A stretch of DNA of 64,000 nucleotides, from positions 1,600,001-1,664,000 of the forward strand of contig CBDCWC010000003.1 of assembly GCA_965223295.1 (NCBI GenBank). Direction: 5' to 3'. The translations under genes were made by a program, and so were the position numbers. The notes under the pieces are model-generated. The model was not told where the DNA came from and searched no databases. It saw only the letters and a program-made list of their open reading frames with translations. This DNA comes from Nitrospirales bacterium. Lineage in GTDB: Bacteria; Nitrospirota; Nitrospiria; Nitrospirales; UBA8639. Position 1 is the first letter of the stretch, and each line of letters begins with the position of its first letter. Positions 48,622 to 58,804 of the stretch are shown here, piece by piece.

Positions 48622-50415
48622 ATGCAACATATTCCTTCGGTAGATTCTATGAACACGTTTCCTTGGCGGCTGGGTCAGATCCGAACTTGTCTGTTAGGTA
48701 TTCCATTGTTAATCCTGTCATGCGGGACGGCTCCGCAGTTGAGCGTTCAAGGGCAGGAACCTTCCTCTACGATTCAGGAAACCACGCATCCGCAAGCCTA
48801 TTTTCATTTCCTTCAAGGGTCCCTAGCCGAACTCAACAATGATGGGGCTCAGGCTTTAGAAGCCTATCGGGCTGGGTTAACCTTTGACCCTGACTCCATC
48901 TTCCTGAAGTTTCGTATTGCTAAACTGCATTTTGCGTTGGCGCAGATGACGGCGGCAGTCGACATGGCCAGGCAAATTCCTCTTCAAGAAATTGACACAG
49001 TCCCCATGTTTGTCGATCTGGCAAAAATTTTCTCCGGCGCCGAGGAACAGGAATTGGCTCTCCAGGTCTTAGAACAAGGGGAGAGGCGCTTTCCTTCTGA
49101 AGAACGGCTCTATATTTCTCATGGAACCCTTTTGTTGACAGAGAAAAATTATGCACAGGCAGAAGTTGTGTTTCGGGATCTTTTGGGGCATGTGTCGAGT
49201 TCGTCAGAGGCGCATTATTATTTAGGAATTATCGCTAGTGAAGGGGATGAGAAGCCAAAAGCGATAGGTCATTTTGAGCAAGCTATTGCTCAGAATAAGT
49301 CTTTTGAAAGGGCCTATGGGCGGTTAATTGAATTGTTAGAAGAGACTGAAAATTCTCAGCGAGCGATAGATTTGCTCGAATCTTTTTTGAAGGACGTCAA
49401 TCCGCACCACAGGGAATTTCGTTTGCGGCTGGTCCGGTTATATGCGGCTGAGAAAAAGGCTGATCAGGCTACCGAACATTTAGATTATATTCTTGAACAA
49501 AATCCTGGTGACCTTCATGCGCAAGTTCGGAAGGCTCAAATTTACGGAGAACAGGGGAACTTCGCTGCAGCCGTGGAGGAATTGCAGGCCGTCTTACGTG
49601 ATCGGCCTAATGAACTACGTGTCCGGGATTTTCTAGGGCTGCTCTATGAAGAAATGAAAGATTATGAGAAGGCCATTCAGACGTACCAAGCAAATTTGGC
49701 AATTGACCCAACGTTCTTTGATAGCCTTCTTCATCTGGGGTTCGTGTCCTATCGTCTGAAAAAGAATGATGAGGCCGTGTCCTATTTAGATGAAGCCGTC
49801 AAGTTAAATCCGAAACGTCCTGAACCCTATTTGTTGTTAGGGTTGACCTATTTTCAAATGGAGCGATATGAGCAGGCCAAGGCTCGCTTGGAAGAGGGCA
49901 TTCACCAAGATCCTTCCAATGCTGAACTCCATTTTAATTTAGGAACTGCTTACGACAAACTGAACCAATTTGATGAAGTAGTACGTGCAATGGAACAGGC
50001 CTTAAAGCTGAATCCCGAACATGCAGATGCATTGAATTATCTGGGGTATAGCTATGCTGACCGAGGGATCAACCCCGAAGAAGCCGTGTCCTTGACGCAA
50101 CGAGCGGTGGCCTTAAAACCTCATAATGGCTATTACGTGGATAGTTTAGGCTGGGCGTTATATAAAAATGGGCAAATTGACGAAGCTCTTGAAATGATGC
50201 AACGGGCTGCAACCTTGGTCTCGGATGATCCTGTCATTTATGAACATCTTGGAGAAATCTTCTTACTCCAAGAGAAGCATGAAAAGGCACGGGAAGCTTG
50301 GATTCAATCAATACAATTGGATTCCACGAATGAAGCCCTCAAACAGCGATTTCGAGATACTGGATTTGGGGAGCCAGTCCCAACGCTTTCTCAGCAATCT
50401 ACCTTCACTCCGTAA
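48622..50415 (+). CDS. TPR-repeat lipoprotein
   Basis: Lipobox ILSC; many TPRs; ALNYLGYSYAD...DSLGW motif. Confidence 0.88.
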   Translation: MQHIPSVDSMNTFPWRLGQIRTCLLGIPLLILSCGTAPQLSVQGQEPSSTIQETTHPQAYFHFLQGSLAELNNDGAQALEAYRAGLTFDPDSIFLKFRIAKLHFALAQMTAAVDMARQIPLQEIDTVPMFVDLAKIFSGAEEQELALQVLEQGERRFPSEERLYISHGTLLLTEKNYAQAEVVFRDLLGHVSSSSEAHYYLGIIASEGDEKPKAIGHFEQAIAQNKSFERAYGRLIELLEETENSQRAIDLLESFLKDVNPHHREFRLRLVRLYAAEKKADQATEHLDYILEQNPGDLHAQVRKAQIYGEQGNFAAAVEELQAVLRDRPNELRVRDFLGLLYEEMKDYEKAIQTYQANLAIDPTFFDSLLHLGFVSYRLKKNDEAVSYLDEAVKLNPKRPEPYLLLGLTYFQMERYEQAKARLEEGIHQDPSNAELHFNLGTAYDKLNQFDEVVRAMEQALKLNPEHADALNYLGYSYADRGINPEEAVSLTQRAVALKPHNGYYVDSLGWALYKNGQIDEALEMMQRAATLVSDDPVIYEHLGEIFLLQEKHEKAREAWIQSIQLDSTNEALKQRFRDTGFGEPVPTLSQQSTFTP

Positions 50416-50770
50416 ACAAGGTAATCTGTCCTTGTTTATAACTGTCTTGCGCGACTGATGTTTTCATGTCTGATCATAGACCATAAGAGCGGACCGTTAC
50501 TGGTGTCACCTGTCTCTTAAGATTGACAATTTTCTGACGATGAGAAATGTCTGAAGGATACTGAGTGTCAAGGGTCCGTTGCTTGAACTTTTTTCTTATT
50601 TATAAATGCAGTTATGGTACATTAATTTCCATTACTTGTTCGTTCTGTGAATTTTGTGGAGGATAGTTGCTGAATCGTACCCTGGTCTCTTGAGTATGCC
50701 AGGTGTATGCTTCCCAGAAGGTAACAAAGCAACTATACATTGGAAGGGACACTTCCGAGGAGGTCACTTT

Positions 50771-51223
50771 ATGAAATTTCGATGCGTACTTCACAATCAA
50801 AGAGGATTTAGTTTGACAGAGCTCATGATCGTGGTGGCGATTATTGGCATTTTGGCCACGATTGCGATTCCCAATTTCTTGAAATATCAAGCGAGAGCGA
50901 AACAAACAGAAGCAAAAAGCAATTTGGTCGCACTGCACACAGCTGAAATTTCATATTTCGCAGAAAACAATGGATACATTGATGACTTTAATGCCATTGG
51001 ATTTGGTGTCAGTGGTTCTTCGCAACGATACTATTATGAATTAGGTTCGGCGACCCTCGGAACGTTGCCTCCGGGCTGCACGGCTTCAGACTTAGATGTG
51101 GCTACCCCTACGGGTTTTACGGCTGTGGCAATTGGAAATATTGATGGAGATGCCACGTGTGATGTGTGGACCATTGATGATCAGAAAGTTTTGACGAACG
51201 TGACGAATGATGTCTCGCTGTAA
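50771..51223 (+). CDS. Type IV pilin
   Basis: Class III signal G|FSLTELMIVVAIIGILATIAIP; C-terminal Cys pair; GAGGAGG RBS. Confidence 0.93.
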   Translation: MKFRCVLHNQRGFSLTELMIVVAIIGILATIAIPNFLKYQARAKQTEAKSNLVALHTAEISYFAENNGYIDDFNAIGFGVSGSSQRYYYELGSATLGTLPPGCTASDLDVATPTGFTAVAIGNIDGDATCDVWTIDDQKVLTNVTNDVSL

Positions 51224-51333
51224 GTTTTCACTCAGAGACCATTTATGACAGAAAATCACTCAAGAAGAGTTGGGTTGTCCCCGATAGATACCAAGGAGAA
51301 TTATTAGGGACCAGTCTCAAGAGGAGCACGCGC

Positions 51334-52641
51334 GTGGATATTCGAGAAAAAATTCAAAATCGTTCAGCAAAAATTGGGGTTGTAGGTTTGGGTTATGTCG
51401 GACTGCCGTTAGCCGTTCTTCAAGCCAAAACGGGCTATCATGTTTTTGGGGTTGATGAAGTAGAAGCGAAAGTTGAAATGGTCAACCAAGCGAACAACTA
51501 TATTCTGGATGTTGTTGACGATGAGCTACAAGAAGTTGTGGATAAGAAGTTATTGATTGCCACAACGGACTTTTCGGTTTTGCAGCAATGCGATATCATT
51601 TTGATTTGTGTCCCTACTCCTCTCACTCGGAACAAAGAACCAGATATTTCTGCAATTGTTAAGGTGCTCGGACATCTAGCTAACTATTCTCATCCCAACA
51701 TGCTGGTGGTCCTCGAGAGTACGACCTACCCGGGTACCACCGAGGAAGTCATTTTGCCGGCTTTGACGGCGAAAGGCTTAACGGTGGGCAAGGATTTGTT
51801 TGTGGCGTTTTCACCGGAACGAGTTGACCCAGGAAATGCGGATTTTAAAACTCATAATACTTACAAGCTAGTCGGTGGCGTGACGGACGGTTGTCGGGAG
51901 GTTTCTAAATTATTTTACGAACAATCCATTGTAAAAGTGTTTCCTCTCAGTTCTCCTCGAGTCGCTGAAATGGCGAAGGTGTTTGAAAATGTGTTTCGGT
52001 CCGTGAATATAGCATTGGTCAACGAATTGACTATGTTGTGTGAGCGGATGGACATCAATGTCTATGAAGTCATTGATGCGGCCGCAACCAAAAATTTTGG
52101 GTTTATGCCGTTTTATCCCGGTCCAGGCGTCGGAGGGCATTGTATCCCTTTGGACCCCTATTATTTAGCATGGAAGTCAAAGGAATATGATGTCCATACC
52201 CGATTTATTGAATTAGCTGGAGAAATTAACGAAAACATGCCCTATTTTGTTGTCACCAAATTGCAGCGGGTGTTGAACAATATGGGGAAATGCTTGAAAG
52301 GATCAATGGTATTAGTGCTAGGCGTGACGTACAAAGCCGATATTGAGGATCCTCGTGAATCTCCAGCGACTAAAGTGATGGAATTGCTTCAGAAAGAAGG
52401 GGCCAATTTGCAATATCTCGATCCTTACACTCCTTCGTTGCTCATAGGCGATCGGCAATACAAAGCACAGACTGTTACAAAAGAACTCCTAGAACAAAGT
52501 GCCTGCGCTCTCATCTTAACAGCCCATTCAGCGTTTGATTATCAGATGATTGTTGATCACGCGCCGGTTGTCTTCGATACCCGGAACGGAACTCGTCAAG
52601 TGATGAAACACCGGGAAAAGATCGTGTTGCTTTCGACATAA
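51334..52641 (+). CDS. Nucleotide-sugar dehydrogenase (UDP-GlcNAc/ManNAc 6-dehydrogenase family)
   Basis: GLGYVGLP, CVPTP, ESTTYPG, SPER, GVGGHCIP. Confidence 0.93.
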   Translation: MDIREKIQNRSAKIGVVGLGYVGLPLAVLQAKTGYHVFGVDEVEAKVEMVNQANNYILDVVDDELQEVVDKKLLIATTDFSVLQQCDIILICVPTPLTRNKEPDISAIVKVLGHLANYSHPNMLVVLESTTYPGTTEEVILPALTAKGLTVGKDLFVAFSPERVDPGNADFKTHNTYKLVGGVTDGCREVSKLFYEQSIVKVFPLSSPRVAEMAKVFENVFRSVNIALVNELTMLCERMDINVYEVIDAAATKNFGFMPFYPGPGVGGHCIPLDPYYLAWKSKEYDVHTRFIELAGEINENMPYFVVTKLQRVLNNMGKCLKGSMVLVLGVTYKADIEDPRESPATKVMELLQKEGANLQYLDPYTPSLLIGDRQYKAQTVTKELLEQSACALILTAHSAFDYQMIVDHAPVVFDTRNGTRQVMKHREKIVLLST

Positions 52642-52821
52642 GCCCGAATTTGTGGTACAACTTAGCAAGTTGCCAAGTCTAATCTTGACAGCCTGCGACC
52701 GATATCGGTATAAGGCCCAGTTTAGACTGGGCCTTGTTGTATCTTGAGCGTATTTCTTTTCGCAGTGTTTCCCCTTGAAAAATTTGCGTGGTCAAGTCTG
52801 AAGACCTAAAGGTATGTACGC

Positions 52822-54990
52822 ATGAAGTTGCTGAAGCAGTTATTCGTTCGGGTGACAGGAAACTTTTTTGGCACTGTTGTACCAAAGTTTCGTCCGCAAT
52901 CTGCTAGGAAGGCGACGCCCTCTCTAAAGCTGGTCTCTCATAATCCTCATCCGGTGGCGACTCCGGAAACTGCCTTGCAACGTAGCGCACAGCTTGGCCA
53001 TATGGAGTCGCTGGAATCAGCTCTAAAAAAAGGTGAACAATGGCTCCTGAATAGGCAGAATGCCGACCAAGGTTTTTGGGTTGAGGAATTAGAAGCGGAT
53101 ACAACGCTGACATCGGACTATGTCATGCTTCGCAGGTTTCTGGGTTTGGTGGATCCTGAACGAGAACGAAAATTAGTCCGTTATCTCCTGCATATGCAAC
53201 TTGATGACGGTGGATGGCCGATTTATGCTGGAGGCTCTGGTGATACCAGTGCGACCGTCAGGGCATATTTTGCTCTAAAATTGTCCGGTGTCAGTGCTGA
53301 TGAACCCGTGATGCAGCGAGCTAAGGAGCTCATTTTACAGAGAGGGGGTGTCGCGCAAGCGAACGTTTTCACAAAAATAATATTGGCCTTGTTTGGCCAG
53401 TATGATTGGCGTGGACTCCCATGTATGCCACCTGAGATTTTTCTGGCCCCACAATGGTTTTATTTTAATCTGTATGCCGTATCCTATTGGTCTCGTGCGG
53501 TCATTATTCCACTTCTCATTGTCTTTGCCCATCGTCCGCTCTGTGCGATTCCTCGTGAGCAGGGAATTGAGGAGCTTTTTGTCAAACCTTTGGGTTCAGA
53601 AGATTTTTCGCAAGTGCCACCCCTGCACCGTGATTCGACATTTCTTAGTTGGCGAAATTTCTTTGTGTGGGTAGATAGTCTTCTTCGGCTCTATGAGTCC
53701 TATCCAATCAAATCTCTCAGAAAGAAAGCGTTGAAAGAGGCAGAGCGTTGGATGATTGATCGTATGGATGGCGAAGGTGGGCTTGGAGCCATCTTTCCTG
53801 CGATGGCCTATTCGATCTTTGCCCTGAGGTCGCTTGGGTATGCCACAGACCATCCGCTCATTCAGAAAGCTCTAGATGAAATTGAGCAGCTCGAGGTCTA
53901 TTCAAATTCTACAAATAGTTCTGCACCTGGCATGTTGCATATGCAACCTTGCCATTCTCCGGTTTGGGATACGGCTTTAACCATGCACGCGTTGATTGAA
54001 AGTGGTATCCCCCTCAATCATATGGCCCTAACAAAGGCCGATGCTTGGCTTCGATCTCGGCAAACTCAAAAGGTGGGTGACTGGGTTGTATCGTCACCTG
54101 AAGCAAAGCCAGGGGGATGGAGCTTTCAATATGAAAACGATTGGTATCCAGATGTAGATGATACGGCTGCGGTGATCACGGCTATGGCGAAAATTCATCA
54201 AGCTGAAACGCCTGACTTTGATGAAGAGCTGCAACGTGCGTTTCGATGGGCATTGGCGATGCAAGGATCGGATGGGGGTTGGGGTGCCTACGATAAAGAT
54301 AATAATAAACTCATTTTCAATAAAATTCCTTTTGCTGACCATCAAGCCTTGTTGGACCCCAGTACGGCAGATTTGACTGGGCGCTGTTTGGAAATGTTAG
54401 GTACCTTAGGCTATGACCAGTCTCATCCGGCTGTTGGTCCTGCTCTTGATTTTTTGCGTATGGAGCAAGAACCCAATGGCAGTTGGTACGGGCGCTGGGG
54501 TGTGAATTATATTTACGGAACATGGTGTGTGCTCTCTGGCCTGCGGGCCATTGGCGTAGATATGACGGCACCATGGATTCAAAAATCTGTCTCCTGGCTC
54601 GAATCCGTTCAGAATTCTGACGGAGGTTGGGGCGAGTCTTGTGAATCCTATGCTGATGTCGAGACGGCAGGTCAGGGAGAGAGTGCCGCGTCACAAACGG
54701 CTTGGGCGCTTATGGCCTTGCTTCAGGCCGGTGAGGCCGACTCTTTAAGTGTGGTTCGCGGAGTGAACTGGCTTATTCGCCATCAGCGTGAAGATGGAGT
54801 CTGGGACGAACCGTTTCACACTGGTACGGGTTTCCCTCGGGTTTTTTATCTGCGATATCATGGCTATTTTAAGTATTTCCCCATTTGGGCCTTAGGTATG
54901 TACCGAAATGTCAAAGTGACTGGTGAAGCCAGAGCCGATCAATTGCGCAAAAAGGCCCAAATTTCAAGACAGCAACGCAAATTGCGGTAA
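52822..54990 (+). CDS. shc: Squalene-hopene cyclase
   Basis: YPDVDDTA (DxDD), SPVWDT, QW repeats (Q.SDGGWG, QEPNGSWYGRWG), TGTGFPRVFYL.YH. Confidence 0.97.
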   Translation: MKLLKQLFVRVTGNFFGTVVPKFRPQSARKATPSLKLVSHNPHPVATPETALQRSAQLGHMESLESALKKGEQWLLNRQNADQGFWVEELEADTTLTSDYVMLRRFLGLVDPERERKLVRYLLHMQLDDGGWPIYAGGSGDTSATVRAYFALKLSGVSADEPVMQRAKELILQRGGVAQANVFTKIILALFGQYDWRGLPCMPPEIFLAPQWFYFNLYAVSYWSRAVIIPLLIVFAHRPLCAIPREQGIEELFVKPLGSEDFSQVPPLHRDSTFLSWRNFFVWVDSLLRLYESYPIKSLRKKALKEAERWMIDRMDGEGGLGAIFPAMAYSIFALRSLGYATDHPLIQKALDEIEQLEVYSNSTNSSAPGMLHMQPCHSPVWDTALTMHALIESGIPLNHMALTKADAWLRSRQTQKVGDWVVSSPEAKPGGWSFQYENDWYPDVDDTAAVITAMAKIHQAETPDFDEELQRAFRWALAMQGSDGGWGAYDKDNNKLIFNKIPFADHQALLDPSTADLTGRCLEMLGTLGYDQSHPAVGPALDFLRMEQEPNGSWYGRWGVNYIYGTWCVLSGLRAIGVDMTAPWIQKSVSWLESVQNSDGGWGESCESYADVETAGQGESAASQTAWALMALLQAGEADSLSVVRGVNWLIRHQREDGVWDEPFHTGTGFPRVFYLRYHGYFKYFPIWALGMYRNVKVTGEARADQLRKKAQISRQQRKLR

Positions 54991-55044
54991 GTCTTCACTC
55001 TATTTTTCAGATTTTTCCTCTAGAAATGACAGCAGGAGCCGATT

Positions 55045-55836
55045 CTGACCAGAATCGCGATAGTGACGGCATCCAGAATAGAATTTCATGCCGTTGTCCG
55101 TGCTCTTCCAGTTACTCACTCCGTTCCCCACGATGGACATCGTGCCATAACCTATAATGGGCAAGGGCTCCATGTTCTCGTGATTCAGTCAGGTATAGGA
55201 CCCGTTAAAGCCCGCATCGGTACCCAACGACTACTTGATGCTCAATCATGGGATGTCTTAATCTCTGCAGGTTTTGCTGGCGGCCTCGATGACACTGCCG
55301 CTATCGGCTCCGTATTGATTGGGCAAGAAGTTTTTGAGACCTCTTTTTCCCCTCACTCCCTTCCGTCGCGACCAATCATGTGCCATTCTGATTGGGTCAA
55401 AACGGCCTCGACTGTTCCTTGGCATGGGCACGGGGTTTTACGGATTGGAAAATTTACATGTGTGGATCGTGTGCTCACTCATTCAGCAGAGAAGTATTCA
55501 ATAGGGATTCGGTCGGGGGCGGTGGCGGTGGATATGGAAAGTGCGGCCATTGGGCAAATCGCTCAAGATAATGATTTGCCATTTTTGATTGTGCGGGCCA
55601 TTTCAGATGGCGTCAATGATGATTTGCCGGTAGACTTTAATCTTTTTCTGGCGCCATCAGGCTGGGTGGCTGGAGTGACGCGCATCTTATCGACACCGAA
55701 GTCATGGAAAGGCTTCTTGAATTTGTACCGGCATTCGAAGCAAGCCTCTCAACAGCTCACCTTATTTTTTGAAGCCTTTTTCTTTACGGTTTCGACTATG
55801 CCAGAATCTTCAGCTTCTTTACTGAACAAGTCATAG
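55045..55836 (+). CDS. hpnG: Hopanoid-associated phosphorylase/nucleosidase (HpnG-like)
   Basis: SGIG, LISAGFAGGL, AVDMESAA, RAISD; directly after shc; probable CTG start 6 nt after AGGAG. Confidence 0.8.
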   Translation: MTRIAIVTASRIEFHAVVRALPVTHSVPHDGHRAITYNGQGLHVLVIQSGIGPVKARIGTQRLLDAQSWDVLISAGFAGGLDDTAAIGSVLIGQEVFETSFSPHSLPSRPIMCHSDWVKTASTVPWHGHGVLRIGKFTCVDRVLTHSAEKYSIGIRSGAVAVDMESAAIGQIAQDNDLPFLIVRAISDGVNDDLPVDFNLFLAPSGWVAGVTRILSTPKSWKGFLNLYRHSKQASQQLTLFFEAFFFTVSTMPESSASLLNKS

Positions 55837-55839
55837 CCT

Positions 55840-56607
55840 ATGAACATGATTCAAGCACTAGGAGCCCGAGTCATCGCTCAGATTGAAGAAATGGGAGCCA
55901 TGTTGCTGTTTCTGTTGCGATCCTTTGGGTGGCTATTGCGACCGCCGTTGCGATTGCATCAAATCGTTAAGCAAATTCATTTTATAGGCTTTAAGTCGAC
56001 ATTTGTGGTTATTTTGACTGCTCTGTTTACCGGGATGGTTTTAGCGCTACAAGGGTACTATTCCTTGAGAAAATTTGGATCTGAAGGCCTATTGGGGTCC
56101 GCTGTGGCGTTGAGTATGATACGAGAATTAGGCCCAGTGCTGGCCTCGCTGATGGTTACAGCCCGGGCTGGATCGGCCATGACGGCAGAAATTGGTATCA
56201 TGCGAATTACGGAGCAAATTGATGCATTGGAAACCATGGCCGTCAATTCTCTTCAATATCTCATTACACCGAAAATGGTGGCGGCACTGATTTCTGTTCC
56301 GCTTCTTGTGGCCCTATTTGATGTTGTGGGAATCGGTGGGGGTTATGTTGTGGGCGTGAGGTTGTTGGGAGTGAGCGGAGGAGCATATTGGAGTTCAATT
56401 GAATCGGCTGTGGTGTGGAAAGATGTCTATGGGGGAATATTAAAGTCAATTAGTTTTGGCCTGATTATCAGTTGGGTCTGTTGTTATAAAGGCTATTATA
56501 CGAGAATGAGTGCAGAAGGACTGGGAAAAGCCACGACAGAGTCTGTCGTTCTGGCTTCAGTCCTTATTTTAGTCTGGGATTATTTTTTAACTTCAGTTCT
56601 CCTGTAA
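55840..56607 (+). CDS. mlaE: MlaE-family ABC permease
   Basis: FTGMVLALQ, RELGPVL, GSAMTAEIG.MRITEQIDAL, G.ATT.SVV. Confidence 0.93.
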   Translation: MNMIQALGARVIAQIEEMGAMLLFLLRSFGWLLRPPLRLHQIVKQIHFIGFKSTFVVILTALFTGMVLALQGYYSLRKFGSEGLLGSAVALSMIRELGPVLASLMVTARAGSAMTAEIGIMRITEQIDALETMAVNSLQYLITPKMVAALISVPLLVALFDVVGIGGGYVVGVRLLGVSGGAYWSSIESAVVWKDVYGGILKSISFGLIISWVCCYKGYYTRMSAEGLGKATTESVVLASVLILVWDYFLTSVLL

Positions 56608-56617
56608 AAACCAACAG

Positions 56618-56773
56618 GGGAGTGTTGAATAATACAACGCACCAGAGGCAAATTTGCACATGATCATATAGGATGCCAACAGCTTCGGGTCGGTTGAAAA
56701 AAGTTCGCTCGCCTGCGCGAAGCCGCTTCGACGAAGGCAGGGAACGCCGCTGGTGGATTTTTTCAACATGCCC
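56618..56773. mobile_element. MITE family A, copy 6 (156 bp, internally deleted)
   Basis: Ends GGGAGTGTTGAATAA / TTTTTCAACATGCCC; CAACA repeat on the flanks (1-nt boundary ambiguity); lies between mlaE and mlaF. Confidence 0.82.
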
Positions 56774-56777
56774 CAAC

Positions 56778-57542
56778 ATGATTGATATGGATTCGTCGCG
56801 TACTATTCAGTTGAAGGATGTTGAAAAAACGCTTGGGGGCCAACCTGTTCTGCAAGGTGTGGATTTAGGCATTCCCAAGGGAGAGATTACCACTATCATC
56901 GGCCCAAGTGGTGAAGGAAAAAGCGTGTTGTTAAAACACATGATTGGGTTGATGCGTCCCGACCATGGGCAAGTGTTGGTGGATGGGGTGGATTTGACCA
57001 AAATTCATGATCAAGAATTGCATGAAATTCGAAAGAAATTTGCCATGTTATTTCAGTCTGCTGCCCTATTTGATTCGATGAATGTGTTTGATAATGTTGC
57101 CTTTCCTTTGCGAGAGAAACGATTGGTCTCGGAATCTGAAGTACAGCAGGCTGTGCAGGAGATGTTAGAACAGGTGGGATTGGGGGAAATGGGCCACAAG
57201 TTTCCTGCTGAGCTGAGTGGCGGGATGAAAAAACGCGCCGGCTTGGCCAGGGCGTTAGTGATGGGCCCAGAAATCATTTTGTTTGATGAGCCGACGACGG
57301 GGTTAGATCCGCTAATGGCCCATGCTATTCATGATTTGATTTTAGCCATGCATAAGACTTTTGAATTTACGGGGATTATGGTCAGTCATGAAATTCCTAA
57401 AATCTTTCCCATTTCTGATTGGGTCGCTATGCTGAAGAATGGTAAAATCCTTGCCATGGAGCGCTCGGCCGAATTTCAACGATTGTCAGATCCTTTGATC
57501 CGTGAATTTATTTCAATTCCGAATGCTGTGCCCACACGATAA
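56778..57542 (+). CDS. mlaF: MlaF-family ABC ATPase
   Basis: GPSGEGKS, FQSAALFDS, LSGGMKKR, FDEPTTGLDP; ORF-track N-terminal extension is MITE-derived. Confidence 0.93.
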   Translation: MIDMDSSRTIQLKDVEKTLGGQPVLQGVDLGIPKGEITTIIGPSGEGKSVLLKHMIGLMRPDHGQVLVDGVDLTKIHDQELHEIRKKFAMLFQSAALFDSMNVFDNVAFPLREKRLVSESEVQQAVQEMLEQVGLGEMGHKFPAELSGGMKKRAGLARALVMGPEIILFDEPTTGLDPLMAHAIHDLILAMHKTFEFTGIMVSHEIPKIFPISDWVAMLKNGKILAMERSAEFQRLSDPLIREFISIPNAVPTR

Positions 57543-57640
57543 GTTGAAAGTTTTGTATGATAACATGAGGGGGGGCTTGATGCTTCTTTCATGTCATGGA
57601 GGCCAATGACAAACCAATTCTCTTTTCTGGGACTGCTATC

Positions 57641-58084
57641 ATGGAACGTGGCAAGCTAGAGTTCGTCGTTGGGCTATTTGTGCTTGTGGGAATTCTTTGC
57701 CTTGGGTATCTGGCGATCAAATTGGGAAAATTGGAATTAGTCGGTGGAGATTATTATGAGCTCACGGCTGATTTTTCTTCGAGTTCTGGCTTGAAAAAAG
57801 GCGCGTCTGTTGAAATTGCAGGCGTGGAAGTTGGTCGTGTGAAGTCTATTGTTTTAAAAGAAGATCAAGCTCAGGTCGTCGTGGCGATTGAAGATGGGAT
57901 TACGGTGTATGATGATGCGATTGCCTCCATTAAGACGCGTGGCATTATTGGGGAAAAATTTTTGGGTCTTTCTCCAGGAGGAGCTGGGGAGCCCTTATCA
58001 AAGGGAGGAACCATTATGGACACCGAATCTGGGATAGATTTGGAACAAGTCATTAGCCAATTTATCCATGGTAACGTTGAATAA
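57641..58084 (+). CDS. mlaD: MlaD (single MCE domain) protein
   Basis: N-terminal TM, GLKKGASVEIAGVEVGRV, ASIKTRGIIGEKF. Confidence 0.93.
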   Translation: MERGKLEFVVGLFVLVGILCLGYLAIKLGKLELVGGDYYELTADFSSSSGLKKGASVEIAGVEVGRVKSIVLKEDQAQVVVAIEDGITVYDDAIASIKTRGIIGEKFLGLSPGGAGEPLSKGGTIMDTESGIDLEQVISQFIHGNVE

Positions 58085-58108
58085 AGTGTCTTAATCCTTG
58101 GAGGGGGT

Positions 58109-58795
58109 ATGGCAATATTAGGAGCTATGACGGTCAGAACAATTCAAAGGGTTAGGGATCAATTAGGGCAAATGAGGGAAGGGGCGTATAGACGTCCGTC
58201 TATAGTAGTTTGGGCTTGTGTCGTTATCTTCTGCCTTTGTTTGCCTTTGGCGTGGGCCGCGAGTGGTCCAACGGAAGCCGTGAAAGAGACGATCGACCAA
58301 GTTTTGTCTGTTCTTGGGGATGAAGACTTGAAAGCCCCAGGGCGAGAGGTCGAGCGTCGAGAGAAATTGGAGGCGATTATTGGGCAGCGATTTGATTATG
58401 AAGAAATGGCCAAACGCACTCTTGCGGCTAAATGGAAAAAATTAAGCACTGAAACCCAGCAAGAATTTGTTGGCCTATTTCAGCAATTTTTATCTCAATC
58501 CTATGCTGGGAATATCGATGGGTATTCTGGAGAGCAAGTGGAATATCTGAAGGAACGGTTGAAAGGCAAGTTTGCCGAAGTGCAGACAAAAGTTGTTTCA
58601 TCGAAAGTTCAGATTCCCCTGGATTATCGCCTTCTCAAGAAAAATGAGAAATGGGGAGTCTATGATGTGATTATTGACGGAGTCAGTTTGACAAAAAATT
58701 ATCGAGGACAATTTTCCAGAATTATCAAATCTTCTTCATTCGAAGGGTTACTCGACAAGCTTCGTTCGAAGTCTGACCTTGCCGCTTCTTCGTAG
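58109..58795 (+). CDS. mlaC: MlaC/HpnM-family periplasmic lipid shuttle
   Basis: FDYEEMAKRTL..W, LDYRL, W.VYDVIIDGVSL..NYR.QF. Confidence 0.9.
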   Translation: MAILGAMTVRTIQRVRDQLGQMREGAYRRPSIVVWACVVIFCLCLPLAWAASGPTEAVKETIDQVLSVLGDEDLKAPGREVERREKLEAIIGQRFDYEEMAKRTLAAKWKKLSTETQQEFVGLFQQFLSQSYAGNIDGYSGEQVEYLKERLKGKFAEVQTKVVSSKVQIPLDYRLLKKNEKWGVYDVIIDGVSLTKNYRGQFSRIIKSSSFEGLLDKLRSKSDLAASS

Positions 58796-58804
58796 GGAAC
58801 TCGT

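Noticed and set aside
50615-50630. Sigma-54-like TGGTAC-N5-TTTC upstream of the pilin
   Set aside because: The invariant -12 GC is missing
9150-56773. Recurring repeats as a CRISPR array or integron attC sites
   Set aside because: Dispersed rather than tandem, each has a TSD, and no cas or integrase gene is present
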